From NCBI RefSeq assembly GCF_009834535.1, contig NC_045696.1, forward strand, positions 12,960,001 to 13,024,000: DNA of 64,000 nt, read 5' to 3'. The stretch is from Camelus ferus. Its lineage: Eukaryota. Numbering within the stretch: the stretch's first letter is position 1; each line of letters starts with the position of its first letter. Positions 26,301 through 39,773 of this stretch are shown here, piece by piece. Made by a program: the position numbers and the translations under genes. The notes below the pieces were generated by a model that saw only the letters and a program-made list of their open reading frames with translations, was not told the DNA's origin and ran no database searches.

Positions 26301-26689
26301 TGATAAAAATATTTTATATGGAAACAACATGGTTATATTTCAGAGTTTTGGCAAAAAATTTCAATGAAATATTAAACCTCAAATGAATTTTGAAGTTTGT
26401 ACCATGTCCCCAGCCTTGATGAGGAGGGTTGGGAGGGAGGTGTGAGGGGGACCAACTGTATGTTCATTCTTGTAGTGTTGGGGTACATTCACAAAAAAGT
26501 TTGTTTGATGTTTACTATCATCCTATAAGGGGCTATCATGATATTTATATAATGTCTTAGAATTGCTGTCTAATTGATTTAGATATGACTTTTCTTCTCA
26601 TTTAGATTATGTTCTTCTCCAGGACAGGTCTATATTTCTCATTTACTTTTAAAGATGGTTAAGATCATAGTAGTTTTTAATTAAAAAAT

Positions 26690-27950
26690 AAAGGAAAAGT
26701 CACTGAAATGGAAATACATCTCAATATTTAAAAGATCGACAATATCAAGTGTTGGAGGGGATGTGTGGCAAATGGAATGCTCACCCATTGCTGATGGAAA
26801 CATAAAATGTTACAAAACTTTGAAAAACTGCTTATCAATTTTTTATAAAATTACACATACACCTATCCTATCCTCAGCAATTTTATTCCACTTGTAGGAA
26901 AGTAAGGGAGCTAAAAATATATATATCTACAAAAAATGTGTACAAGAATATTTATAGTAGCTTTGTTTAAAATAGTCCATAAGGTGAAAAAAATCCAAAT
27001 ACCTTTCAACAGGTGAATGGATAAACAAATCACGTTTCAGTCATACAAATGAATACTCAGCAATGAAGTGAAGGAACTACCCACACATGCAATAACATGG
27101 TTGAACCCACTTTCTGATTTCTTTACATAAGGCTTAAGATAAGGCAAATCAAACAAATCGGGAAAGGAAAGGAATTTTTCAATAAATATTGAAACAATAT
27201 TTTATTATAACAATAAAATATTTAATAGTTGTACCAGAATGGGTAAAACTTTAAAAATGGATAATGCCAAGTGTTTTGACGGACGTGAAACAATTGAAAT
27301 TCTCACACATCATTAGTAGGAATGTAACATATTAAACAACCGTTTTGGAAAATTGTTAGGCAGTGTCTACTTATGCTGAACATCTGCATATCCTTTGACT
27401 TAACAATTCTACTCCTGGCTTTGTATCCAATACAAATGTGTGTATTCATTCGCCAGGAAACATTTATAAGCATATTCATGGTAACTTTATGAATAAATAG
27501 CCCCAGAGTAGAAACAATGCATATGCCTGCCAACCGTAAAATGGATACATACATTGTGGTATATTTATACACAGCCATGAAATATGCAAATTATGGCTAC
27601 TCCCAGTAACAAGGATGAACTTTGCAACAATAATGTAGAGCTAAAGAAGCCAGATATGAGACTGTACATCGTATAGTTTTACTTGTACGAAGTTCAAAAG
27701 ACAGGCAAAATTTGCAGCGTTAGCTTTCAGAATAGTGGATATCTTTTGGGGACACAGGTAATTATTGTGAGGTGACACCAAGGAGTCATCCTACGGTAAT
27801 GGAAAAATTCAATATATTAATCTGGATGGTGGTGAAATAGACGTATTCACTTTGCTAAAATTTTTAAGTTGTACACACGATTTGTTCATTTCATTTTCTG
27901 TGTGTATGCTTTACTTAGTAAAAGATTCATATTAAATAAAAATAAAAGAA
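26690..27950 (+). mobile_element. Two old L1ME-like 3' end fragments in tandem
   Basis: 'gacaatatcaagtgttggaggggatgtg...caacaggtgaatggataaacaaa' and 'gataatgccaagtgtt...aagttcaaaagacaggcaaaa'. Confidence 0.75.
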
Positions 27951-29074
27951 ATGATGAAGGCTTGAAGTAGTGAGAATAGAGGGAATGGGAGAAAGGTACC
28001 TGATACGAAGGATATTTCAGTGGTAAAATCCACAGGATTTGGTGATTGGTTTTGAGGAAGCCTGAGGAATCATAGGTGAGAACAAGGTGGACTAGTGGAA
28101 GGCAGTCGGTACATTAATGGAGATTGACATATACACAATGAAGGGGTTAGAGTTCAGGAGTGAGATGGGGTGATGTGTGGGTAGTGAGGTAATCAGGTGA
28201 AAGTACTGAGTTAAGAAATTTTGGGACCAGGAATATGCCCAGGGGCAACTGAAAATAAGATCTAAATCTGAGAAACAGGTTAGGGAATAGAGACATTGTT
28301 CTATTATCATTAATATATGAGATAGTTTTGTCATCAATATTATATGTTGCATTTAAGTCCTCCTTTTTTTGTGGATTTCATCTTGACTTTATTCTACATT
28401 ATGGTCTGGTATGTAGATTTATCTCTGACTCTTCCGGTTGCTTCTTCCTTATATATAAAGCCTCATCTATTTTTTAATTGATTGGATGGAGTTTTCTCAC
28501 TTTGCTTGACCTCCAACATAAGAGATCTTAACTGTCTATTTTCAATAGGATTTTGGGCGTTATCTCCTTATCTTGGCAACTTTAATGGTTGTACAATCTA
28601 CTCTAAATTTGTTTGCATTGTGTGGTAAAATGCTTTTTTTGTGTGCTTGAGGTTTGTTAAGTTTCTTGGAAATATATATGTCTATGGTTTTCATCAAATT
28701 TGGAACTATTTTATCCATTATATCTTTAAATAATTTGCTGTCTCCTCCCTTCCTTTGGGGACTCCAATAACATGCACGTTAGGCTGCTGTGGTTGTCCCA
28801 CAGTTAACTGATGCTCTTTTCTTTTTCTTTTTCCTTTTTGTTCCAAATATATTTATTAAGGATCTAATATGTACCAGGTTATGTGCCAGTTTCTGTGACT
28901 CAAAGTCAAATAACACATGGTCCCCACCCTCAGGGACTGATAGTCTGGGAGAATCAAGCAACCATTTATCAGTAACAACCAACGTGGCAAGTTCCATGTT
29001 TCTGCAGAAGCACAGGAAAGAGGCATTAGATTACAAGGGCCAGAAGAAATGGTCCTTGAACTTACTTTTGTTTT

Positions 29075-29955
29075 GAAATAGATTCATTTTTAACTCTATA
29101 ATGTAGATTTTCAAACATACATGAAAGTAGAGAAAATAGTAAAATAGTATGATGAACCACCAGGCACGCATCTTCCAGTCAAAATTTTCATAATATGGCC
29201 GATCTTATTTCACTCACACCCACACCCAATAACCCCTATTCCTCGGATTATTCTGAGGCAAATCCAGACATCTGTAAATATTTCAGAATGTCTCTCTAAA
29301 AGCTAAGAACTCTTCTTAAAATATAACCACAAAGTATTACCATGCTTTTAAAAATGAACGATTCTTTAATGTCATCAAATATCTTTGCCACTGCACCCAT
29401 TTCTGATTTTATTTACATTTTTTTTTGAGTAGGGATCCAAAGAAGATATTTTGATAGTAAATATGTCTCTTAAGTCTTTTAAACGATTGGTTCTTCCTTT
29501 CATCTCTTTTTTTCCCCTTTGCATTTTGTTGTTATTGTTGCTGTTTTTGTGGAAGAAACTGGGTCATTAGTTCTCTAGATCAGAGATCGGCAATTGTTTT
29601 TTACTGTAAGGGGCCAGTGAGTAATTATTTTAGGTTTTTCAGACTCTGTAGTATCTTATGACTATTCAACTCTGACCTTGTAGTATGAAAGCAGCCATAA
29701 ACCAATGAGCATGACTGTGTTCCAAAAAAGCTTTGTGAACACTGAAATTTGAATTTCATATAATTTTCACATCTCGCACAATGTTATTCTTTTGGGTTTT
29801 TTTCCAACCATTTAAAAATGTAAAAACTATTCTTAGTTTCCAAGCCACACAAAAACAGGCAATGGGTCAGATCTGTCCCATGGGCTGTAGTTTGCTGACC
29901 CCTACTCTAGAATTATCCTTGCTAAATTTTGTTATTTTATCTTCATTGTCTTTTT
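29075..29955 (-). mobile_element. L1MC4/5-like 3' fragment hosting MER58B
   Basis: 'tttcaaacatacatgaaagtagagaaaatagta', 'ggattattctgaggcaaatccagacatc', 'gaagaaactgggtcatt'. Confidence 0.65.
29581..29904 (+). mobile_element. MER58B-like hAT MITE
   Basis: Ends 'cagagatcggcaa' and 'tttgctgacccct'; 8-bp TSD CTCTAGAT (29573-29580) / CTCTAGAA (29905-29912). Confidence 0.85.
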
Positions 29956-29959
29956 AAAA

Positions 29960-30682
29960 TTTTTTTTATATAATTTTTAAAGGTTACACTCCATTTTCAG
30001 TTATTACAAAATATTGCATATATTCCCTGTGTTGTACAGCACATTCCTTTTAAAAATATATTTAAAAGAATTTTTATTGTTTAATTAACTAGTTTATTGG
30101 AAGAGAGGTAACTGGGCTTGTTCCTTTTTTTTTTTAATGGGGGTACTGGGGATTGAACCCAGGACCTCATGCATGCTGGGCATGCACTCTACCACTGAGC
30201 TACACCCTCCTCCTATAAGCCATTCTCGTAGCTTATCTTACACCCAACAGTTTGTACCTTCCACTCCCCTACCTCCTCCTCGCCTCCCCTGTCCTAGACA
30301 TGGATAATTATTAGTTTGCACTCTGTATCTGTGAGTCTGCTTCTTTTTTTGATATATTCACTAGTTTGTTGTATTTTTCAGATTCTACGTATAAGTGATA
30401 TACAGTATTTGTCTTTCTTTATCTGACTTATTTCACTTAGCATAATACCCTCCAAGTCCATCCATGTCACTACAAATGACAAAATTTTGTTCTTTTTTGT
30501 GGCTAAGTAGTATTCCATTGTATATATGCCATATCTTTTTAATCCATTCATCTGTTGATGGACACTTAGGTTGCTTCCATATCTTGACAATTGTAAATAA
30601 TGCTGCTATGAACATTGGGGTGCATGTACCTTTTTTGAATTTGTGTTCTTGTTTTTTTCAGATATATACCTAGGAGTGGAAT
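29960..30682 (-). mobile_element. 5'-truncated cetartiodactyl-type L1 (antisense) carrying a SINE insert
   Basis: 'aatttttaaaggttacactccattt...ttattacaaaatattg' through 'gatatatacctaggagtggaat'. Confidence 0.9.
30047..30213 (-). mobile_element. Vic-1-type tRNA-derived camelid SINE
   Basis: Reverse complement reads GGAGGGTGTAGCTCAGTGGTAGAGTGCATG...GAGGTCCTGGGTTCAATCCCCAGTACC (Pol III A and B boxes), followed by an AT-rich tail. Confidence 0.9.
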
Positions 30683-30807
30683 CTATCTTTCTTTCCTTCT
30701 TTCTTTCCTTCTTTCTTTCCTTCTTTTTCTTTCTTTTTCTTTCTTTTCTTCCTTCCTTTCTTCCTTTCTTTCTTTCTTCCTTCCTTTCTTCCTTCCTTCC
30801 TTTCTTC

Positions 30808-30885
<78 letters not shown>
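30683..30885. repeat. (TTTC/TTCC)n compound microsatellite
   Basis: About 200 nt pyrimidine tract ending in a perfect (TTTC)n run. Confidence 0.95.
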
Positions 30886-30886
<1 letters not shown>

Positions 30887-31017
30887 GTTCAGCTGTTTAT
30901 TCTATTTCATTTTAGATAGTTGATATTGTCATGCCTTTAAATTAACTGATCCCTTCCTCTACAGCATCTAATCTACTGTTAATCCCATCCAATTGATGGA
31001 ATTTTCATTTCAAACAC

Positions 31018-31712
31018 TTTTTTGAATTGAAATATAGTTGATCTACAATATTGTGTTGGTTTCTGGTGTACAGCTTAAAGATTCAGTTATACATTTATAT
31101 ATATATATGTATATTCCTTTTCATATTCTTTTTTATTATAGGCTATTATAAGGTATTGGATATTTCCTGAGCTATACAGTGGGACACTGGTGTTTATCTA
31201 TTTTATATATAGTAGTTAATATCTGCATATCCCAGACTCCCAATTTATCCCTCCACCTTCTCCTTGCCCTCTGGTAACCACAAGTTTGTTTTCTATGTCT
31301 GTAAGTCTGTTTCTGTTTTGCAAAAAGTTCATTTGTCTCATTTTTTAGATTCCATATATAAGTAATATCATATTGTATTTTTCTTTTTCTTTCTGGCTTA
31401 CTTTACTTAGTATGACAATCTCCAGTTCCACTCACATTGCTGCCAATGTCATTTGTTTATTCTTTTTAATGGCTGAGTAATATTCTATTGTGTATATTTT
31501 CTTGGCTATTGTAAATAGTGCTGCTATGAACATTAGGGTGCACGTATCTTTTCAAGTTATAGTTTTTTTCTGGGTATGTGCCCAGGAGTGGGACTGCTGG
31601 ATCATATGGTAACTCTATTTCTAGTTTTTTAAGGAATCTCCATACTGTTTTCTGTAGTGTCTGCACCAAATTACATTTTCAAGAATAATGCAGGAGGTTC
31701 CCACCTACAGTG
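31018..31712 (-). mobile_element. L1 3' end (antisense), cetartiodactyl-type
   Basis: 'ttgaaatatagttgatctacaatattgtg...ggtaaccacaagtttg...gctggatcatatggtaactctatt'. Confidence 0.9.
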
Positions 31713-33554
31713 TTGAGGGCTCTTTTTTCTAGAAGTTGGATTCAGGTCTTTTAAATATATTCCACAACTCTACTTAAAATGCTTAATCTTTCCTCTGCCT
31801 TCTTGGACATATGGAATATAGTTATAATAATAATTTTCATGTCCTTATCTACTAATTCCATCATTCATATGCCTATTATTTCTTGATCAGTTTCTATTGA
31901 TTGGTTTTTCTTTTTATGACGGATAGTCATATTTTCCTGCTTCTTTGTATACCTGGTAATATTTGATTGGATGCTAATTATTGCAAATTTTATTATGTTA
32001 GGGTCCTGGATTTTTTTTTATTCTTGTAAATATTCTTGAGTTTTATTGGGATGAAATTATGAAGACAGTCTGATTCTTTCAGTTTTCTTTCAAGCTTTGT
32101 TAAGTGAGACCAGAGCAGCTTTTAGTTTACGACTAATTTTGCCCCACTATTTTGCCCCACCTCTGAAGTACTCTACCCAAGATTCCATAAAATATGAGAT
32201 TTTCTACTCTGGCTTGCAGAAAACTGAACCCTGCATGAGCTCCAGTATTTGCTCCTTTTGTTCCTTTTAGGTGGCTCCTCTCCACCCTGCCCTCCTCATC
32301 CTCCAGCATTTTCTTCATAGGCATGTGCTGACCATTACTAAACTGAGGACTTGAGGAGGACTGTATGTGGATTGCTGGAGTTCTCTCCCTGTGTAGCTCC
32401 CTTTCTTTAGCATTCTGCTCTATGAAATTTCCAGCTGCCTTGGCTTCTCCAGCCTACCTGCCTGCAGCTCCATCTCCTCAACTCAGGCTGACCATGAACT
32501 CCACTTGGGTTCACTCCTCTCTAGGTAGTCTGGGGCACTCACAGTGCTCATCTTGTGTGTTTCTCCTCTCTCAGGGAGCACTGTCCTTTGTTGTCAGAAT
32601 ACAATGTCTCAAAACTATTGTTTTATACTGTTTTCCATTTTTTTTTTTTTTTTTTTTTGGTTGTTACTGGTTGGAGGGCAAATCTTGTCCTTGTTTTTCC
32701 ATCTTGGTCACAAGCAGAAGTCCAGATGCCTTCCTCTGCAAAAAATTTTTTTTTTCTTTCCTCTCTGCTTTCTTTTCAAAGAATGTAGAGAGTAACTTGT
32801 TTCATCCTTTTCCCACAGGCAGTGTCATAAATCTTACATATTTCTATTTATGAATAAGTGGTAAAGAGGCCACACCTGTGTGACTTTCTTCCCTGGGGAG
32901 CCAAAGGAAGCATACCTTTCATTTCTAGTATCTTCTATCATTGAATTCTATCTGGGTGACTGATACTATTTATTGAAAGAAGGTTTAGTTCTTGCCCTCC
33001 TTTTCCTTTTTTAATGCCTTTTCAGGTGCTTCCAATACTGTCTGATTGAAACGCTGAATTTACGCTGATCGCTGTTCTGCATCAGTGGCCAAGAGTATAA
33101 GCGCTGACATCAGTCAGAGCTGGATCTGAGTCCCGGCTCAACCACCAAATAATAGTGACGTTCCTTGAGCTCTTCCCACCTGGCCAGGCACTGTGTTGAG
33201 GGCTTTTTCATGAATTATTTCGCTTAATTCTCGTGACAGTGCTACCCCATACCAAAGTTGGTATGATTAACCTAAGTTCCAAAATGGCGATCAGCATTAG
33301 GAGTCAAAATACCTGAGTTGAATCCTGGCATTACCCCTTACTAAATCTGTGTTATTGGGGAAGTCCTTTAACCCCATAGGGCTGCTGTGAGGACTATAAG
33401 AGAAAAAAAATATGTATATATATGAGGCATTTAGCACATAAGTCCTCAATAAAAGATGACTAGTTGCATTATTTTTCTGTGAAGCACCAAGAATAAAAGG
33501 GATGTTACTTAATAATATTCAGAGACTTTTTTGGAACTCAATGAAGTGGGCATG

Positions 33555-34008
33555 AGAATGTACCTTCCAGGCCTTCAACTGCAGGGTGTAATTGTAATGG
33601 ACCAAGGGCCGCACTTGCTAAGCTTTGCAATGCAAAGTTAACTTCTTTCGAGGCCATTCCTCCCATGGGCTGCTCCTTGATAGTGATGGAGTTTCATGGG
33701 GAATACTAAAGCATGCCTGTTCAGGGAGGTATGGGACTCCAACCAGTATCAGTTTAGGTCCAAGGATATCCCGATGGCTTTGCTGAACCAAACTTAGGCT
33801 GTACCCCATTTCTAGGACACTTCCACGCAACCTTCTCGCCCTCTCTTTTTGGCTCAGGGTCAGAGTTTGCATTGAAGTGCAATGACTCTGCCAGTCTTTT
33901 TTAGCTCCCTCCTTACTTCCTTTTATGTTAAGTATTCCTCCTAATCAAATACTTGCACGTTTAATCCCATTTGGAGTCTGCTTTTTTGGAGGGCCCCTAC
34001 AATCACAC
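33555..34008 (+). mobile_element. ERVL solo LTR (LTR16A/B-like)
   Basis: 'gaggccattcctcccatgggctgctcc', 'cagggtcagagtttgcat', 3' 'cttgcacgtttaatcccatttggagtctgctt'. Confidence 0.7.
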
Positions 34009-34715
34009 TTGAGTTCTTGTTTGGTTTACCCTGGTAATTATGCTAATCACAACTTGCAGAGACTGTTTCCTGGCCCCAATCTCAGGGAAATGATCACTAT
34101 TGTTCTCCTTAGGAGTCTTTCTCCTTTCCTCCAGTGGTTCCTTTGGCTTCATTCCTTTAAGTTCCCACCACATCTTAGCACTGAGAGCCCCCCACCCTAT
34201 CCCAACACACACTCTTCCCTGATTTTCCTTCTGGCCAGTTACTGAGTAGACCATTCTTCATCTGCTCCCTTTCTCTCTCCTTCTGGAAAGCTTGGATTGC
34301 CATCCTTCAGCAGAATGTTCAGTGGGGTCTACTTCCTGAATCTTTGTACTTTCTCAGTTTCAACTGCAGTATACTTTTGAGGATTTCCATGCAAATATCC
34401 TTTACACAACAAAGTTATGCATAATGAAATTTTACCTTTTTATGGTTCCTTCTTATAAGTCTACATTCTATACAAGCTTCCTTAAGTTTAAATACTCATT
34501 CAGGGTAATACTGGACCAATAAATTACTTTTCTGATCCTCAGATTCCTCACCAGGAAACATGGATGGGCATACTTACCCTTTTGGTTGTTGTGAAGATTA
34601 AATGCAGTAACATATCAATGCACTCTAGCCCTGTGCCCAGCATTTAGCAACTGTTGGTGTGTTCCTCTGTTTAGGCAATTCAAAATCTAAGATAGTTCTG
34701 GTTGTGTTAAGAAGG

Positions 34716-35299
34716 CCCAATGTTCATAGCAGCACTATTTACAATAGCCAAGGCATGGAATCAACCTAAATGTCCATCGACAGATGACTGGATAAAGAAG
34801 TTGTGGTATAGTTATACAAGGGAATACTACTCAGCCATAAAAATAATAAAATAATGCCATTTGCAGCAACATGAGTGGATCTGGAGATTGTCATACTAAG
34901 TGAAGTAAGCCAGAAATAAAGAAAAATGCCATATGATATTACTTACATACGGAATCTAAAAAAATGAGGCAAATGAACTTATTTACAAAACAGAAACAGA
35001 CTCATAGACATAGAAAACAAACTTGTGGCTACCACAGGGGAAAGCCAGGGCAGGGGGAGTGGAGGGATAAACTGGGAGTTCAGGATTTGCAGATACTCAC
35101 TACTATATATAAAATAGATAAACAATAAGATCTTACTGTATAGCACAGGAAACTATATTTAATACCTTGTAAAAGCCTATAATGAAAAAGAATATGAAAG
35201 GGAATACATACATATGTATAACTGAATCACCATGCTGTACACCAGAAATTAACACAATGTAAACTGGCTATACTTCAATAAAAAAATGGATTAAAAAAA
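34716..35299 (+). mobile_element. L1 3' end, cetartiodactyl/camelid-type
   Basis: 'cccaatgttcatagcagcactatttacaatagcc...tatacttcaataaaaaaa'; no TSD found. Confidence 0.9.
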
Positions 35300-37374
35300 C
35301 CTCCTAAAATAACTTTATAATAGAATTGATAGACAATTTTTACAGAAATGACCACAAATCATGCTTAATAAATAAAGGTTATAACTACCCTTTGATCAAT
35401 ATAAAACTTTAAAACATGCATGTAAATCAATGTAAGAGGACAATACTGGAATCCATGAATCCAAATCTATTTACTTGCATTTATTCATGGGGTTTTCAGG
35501 GAAAATATTTTAGGTGAGGGAAAGGGCTCTTGGTCAAGCGGCCCAAAGAGCTGCATGGCGTCGTTTGCTAGCCTTTGGCCTGAAAACTCAGCTTCCTCAT
35601 TTTTTAAAATGAGGGCCATTTCTGTTTTATCTACTTTAGAGGGTGGTGTATTAAATGCAACAAAATCTATAAAAATGCTTTGTAAATGATCAAGAATTCA
35701 GTACATACATACAGCATATTGGCTGGTGGACAGACATATCTGAGTCTTTCCTGCTATTTGTACTTTTATGACATGAGTTATCCTTTATTTTTCTACTAAT
35801 CATGATGAATTTATAACTTCTTAGGATATTATTTTCAATATCATATTCAAAGATGGATTTTTAATAACATTCTTACTGAATAGGTAACACTTGTTCCCAA
35901 AAGCTGTGCCAGCTTTTGGCAATAATTCTGCATTAGCCAGTCAGTATCCTACTGTTCAGCATTCAGTCCCCTTCCGCTGCCCTTCCTGGCCCCATCGTAC
36001 TTCTTTAAGTGGCATGGCTCGCAGGTATAGATTCCTGCTTTCTTATACTTACTTCTACTTTCCTGTCAAAATGCATTTGAACCCCATTTGCCATGAGTAT
36101 TTTTACAGGCTTACTCTTACTAGAGTGATTGTAATTGTCCTTGGAGATGGCTTAATGTATTTGCCCTTTGAAAAAATTTTTAACAGAGAACTTTTGAACA
36201 TGCAAAACCTTTATCCCCCCAAATTAATCTCCAAGGGATTTCAGGCATCAAGTAGAGAAGTAAGAGAGGCAGAGCTTGACCCCTCTGGCTCTGGTAACAG
36301 AAATATGGATTTTTGTCTATTAAAAATGATAAAAGTGTCTGTGATTATCTTTTATTCCTTTCTACAGCACATCATGTGGTGCTTGCAAGTGGTTTTATGC
36401 TTGACTTCTCATTGCTAAGGATAAAGCATCAAATTATGTTAGAGCTTGTTTTTGGAAACCCAAGGGGCACATGTAGTTAATTAGAGATATGCCCCAGGTT
36501 TCCTTTCTTTGTTTATCCTAAGGGATATAAAATACATTCCCAATAGAGTTTCTTCTGGAAATCTTATTTAGCCAGGAGGCAATTTTCTAGTGTCCTAATA
36601 AATTTAAGTTGATGCTTTTAGAAGTCTAAGCTTAATATTAATTCTAAAGCCTCTTTTGACTTAGGAAAAATTCTCAAATTATTAGTATAGAAAGATATTT
36701 CCATTTGCTAAGTGGAATTCAATGTCTCCTAATTCCTACAGCTTCATGCATAGATGTGGATTTTTAAATTTTTTGACTGCTATAAGTGGGTATGTCTCTT
36801 TCCAATTCATGTAAACTACTGACTATGATGCAGCTTTTGATTATTCAGTTATAAAATGCATCATAAAAGAGAAAGAGTTTAAATAATCAGAATAATTCCA
36901 TGCAATTTCTTATGTTTTCCCAATGTTTTTGCATTGCTAAAATCTATGAAATTGTTTTGGAAAGATTTTAACTTCCTTTTTCCCCCCTTTGGCAGCTGTC
37001 CCATGTTTCAAAAGAGCCATTTCCTGGAATTTCATCAGCATATTTTTTTTACTGACTTAACTGCATCTCTGTTTTCTTATTTGTGATCCATTTACATCTA
37101 AAAGGATATGGCAATCCAGAAGTCAATAATAATGTTCTTCATAATTTCGTAATAAGGTGTAATTTTTGCCCTTCTCTTATTCTCAACTCTACTAGACTGC
37201 TGCTCACTGCCATTTGTTTGTCAGCTTCAGGGGTCTTATGCATAGATTGTATATGTTCACAACAACCATTTATTCCTACGTAACCTAGGATGCACGACTT
37301 CTGTGTTCTCAGCACATGTATTTAAATAGAATGATGTGGGAGACCTGGTAAAGCCTTGAGATTAAGAAAAGGTA

Positions 37375-37845
37375 TCACTTAAGGTTGGCTTCATGTAATA
37401 AAAACAACTCTGGAAGCCTAACTGAATACAGTTTTTCTTCTCTGGTATAAAAAGAGTGAACCCCACAACCAGAGCAGGTCAGCAGCTCAAGGAAGTGGTC
37501 AAGGACCCGAGCTTTTTTCTAGCTTCCTGCTCTGCTATCCTTAGAGTGTGATTCTCATCCTCATGGATGAAAGAAAACAGCCCCACCTCCTGTCATGCAA
37601 CACAGGGAGGGCAGAGGGCAAAATTGTATACCTGTTGACTTGGTCTTTTGTTATCAGGAAAGTAAGAGCTTTCCTGGAAGTTCCACTGAGTGCCTATGTG
37701 CTTACATCTGTTGACCAGAACTAGGTCATCTGGCTAAGGGAGTCTGGGGAGGTGTTTTTAAGTGTTTTTAAGCACATATTCAGTCAGAATGGAAAGGAAG
37801 AAGAGGGAATGGATATTGGGTAGACAACTAGCAGTGTTTGTCCAA
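37375..37845 (-). mobile_element. MaLR LTR (MLT1J/K-like), antisense
   Basis: 'tcaaggacccgagc...ctctgctatccttag', 'ttgaccagaactaggtcat', 'gggaatggatattgggtagacaactagcagtg'. Confidence 0.7.
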
Positions 37846-38333
37846 AAGGAATTTAGGAAAAGGGAAGTGAATGGGGGATAAAGTGCCCCCAGTCAAAGGT
37901 CACTAGTGATAAGTACAGGGTGTTCCTGTGAAGGAGGTACGACCTGGACCAGGTCATCTTGGGCTTTACCGTCTCACACTCAGCATGATTCTGTACTTGC
38001 AGGACAGAACTCCAAACTGTGGACGTACCAGTGGTGATCAGTCTTTTGGATGCACACTTACTCAAAGCTGCAGAGGCAGGAAGAAAATCGGAAAGATGAT
38101 TTATTTGTTTACAATGAGAACATTGCCAGCAAATGTACCAAATGTTGATGCTCACTAGCCAGACAACCTCTCCCTGTAGGCAGAGGTATATGCAAAGCAA
38201 ATCATTAGAAAGAAATCTAACAGCGATGTAAGTGGCATGACCTGGACAGCTAATCTAGTGGAACCAAGACACGATAGCTCTCAGCTCTCATCCTCCCCAT
38301 GCCCTGTAGGTAACAGTACTGAGCAATAAAATA

Positions 38334-38746
38334 CAGGTTTCCTCACTTTCTGAGAAAGTAGAATGATGCTGTGAAACCTTTTGCAAGCTGAAATGGCAGA
38401 AAGTGAAGAAGCAACTACCTTAGGACACATCTTGCTAATGAACACACAAGATAAATTGAGGAAACACAGATGCTCAGACACGGCTCAAAGCTATGCTGAG
38501 ACCCTGAATGTAGTTCCCAGGGAAGGAGCTTGGTGGTGCCACTCTTGATGCTCAGGGTGCACACTCCCTCTATAATGCATGGCTCACTGGAAAACAAAAA
38601 CTGAATGCAATATTCACTTTCCCTCTTTTTTTCATAAAAAAAATTCTCTCCATATTTCTTTTGGTTAGCAAAAATAAGTACTAATGTAGGTATTTTGTAA
38701 AATTGAAATGGTGTAAAAATAACTTTTGAAAAGTAGGGGATACCTG
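38334..38746 (-). mobile_element. Complete Tigger-type (Tc1/mariner) MITE, 413 bp
   Basis: Imperfect TIRs CAGGTTTCCTCACTTT and (reverse complement) CAGGTATCCCCTACTTT; TA duplication at 38332-38333 and 38747-38748. Confidence 0.85.
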
Positions 38747-38934
38747 TACCATGTCCTTGTCTGACACACGTCACCCCTCACACCCCAGGGCCAGGGATGT
38801 GTTGCCCGTGTTTGTGCCTCTGGCTCTTCTCTTCTTGGCTTCAGATTTTGATAAACTCCTCTTTTTGACAGTCACTGTCTTTCCTATGTGTTGATATAGT
38901 CACTCTGGTTATCCCCAAGTCTTGATCTGGTGAA

Positions 38935-39290
38935 ACAAGTCAGGGAACTGGCAGAAAACATATAGGACCACTCACAAGGGTGAGGGCAGCTAACCTGCCA
39001 AGAGACAGTGGTGCACCCGGGAGCAACCAAGGTGAGGAGTTATCACCACCCCTAGAATGATATTCTTTCGCTGTAACTCTAGGGGAAGGCTGCCCTAGAG
39101 CTGCTGAAACTTGGTTAGAAGAACAGAGCTGTAGCCAATCTGCTGCTGGGCAGGGACACAGCTGTGTCCCATTATCCAAGTACAACCAGAAGCGAGGGAC
39201 CAGGGGACCCCCTGGATGCTGTGCCCAGAGAGCAGCCTTCAGGGGCACAGAGCAGGGCAGGAAAGACTGGACAGGAAATCTGGAATGGTC
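38935..39290 (-). mobile_element. ERVL LTR (LTR33-like), antisense
   Basis: 'caaccagaagcgagggaccagggga...gcagccttcaggggcacagagcagggcag'. Confidence 0.55.
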
Positions 39291-39773
39291 AGTGGTGAAA
39301 ATCCAGCTCCCCCAAGTGACCATTCTATCTCTTTATGATAGTATGAGTATCTCTCCTCTGATCCCATAGGTCTCATTTGATAACTTTTAAATCTCAGAGG
39401 TTATTCATTGTACTTCATTTCTGAAGTACTTCCTACATATGGCACCCCAGTCTAAGAAATGTGCTGTTGTAATGGGGGTCACAGTCTGCGCCCATTTTTT
39501 CTTCTTCTAAGAGCTCAGTACTTCTCCCTCCCATGGTGGTCACTCTTGCCCAATTCCTAGTCAGTTCATTATAAACAGTTTCCCTTTCTACCCGGCTGCT
39601 AGGAAGCTATAGAGAATTCTATAGCTCACCTTTGTCAAGGATATGTTTTGTGATATGTTCTTTTAGCTTCTTTTGGGCTCCATTGTACTTTTTTCCACTT
39701 ATTTTTTCTCCCTTTATTCCTTGTTTTAATTTACATACACATGTCTCATACTGGAGCATGAGTACATACAGGT

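Larger units (their letters stand above)
28600..32730 (-). mobile_element. Old L1M 5'/ORF1 region (antisense), split by inserts at ~28817-30885 and ~31018-31712
   Basis: The phrase 'ttgtcccacag..actgatgctc' (ends 28816) continues at 'ttcag...tttcattttagatagtt...tctaatctactgttaatcccatcca' (from ~30886), then 'ctagaagtt' (31729). Confidence 0.75.

Noticed and set aside
35891..36418. 175-aa ORF
   Set aside because: Non-ATG start, no recognisable domain or splice context; consistent with chance.
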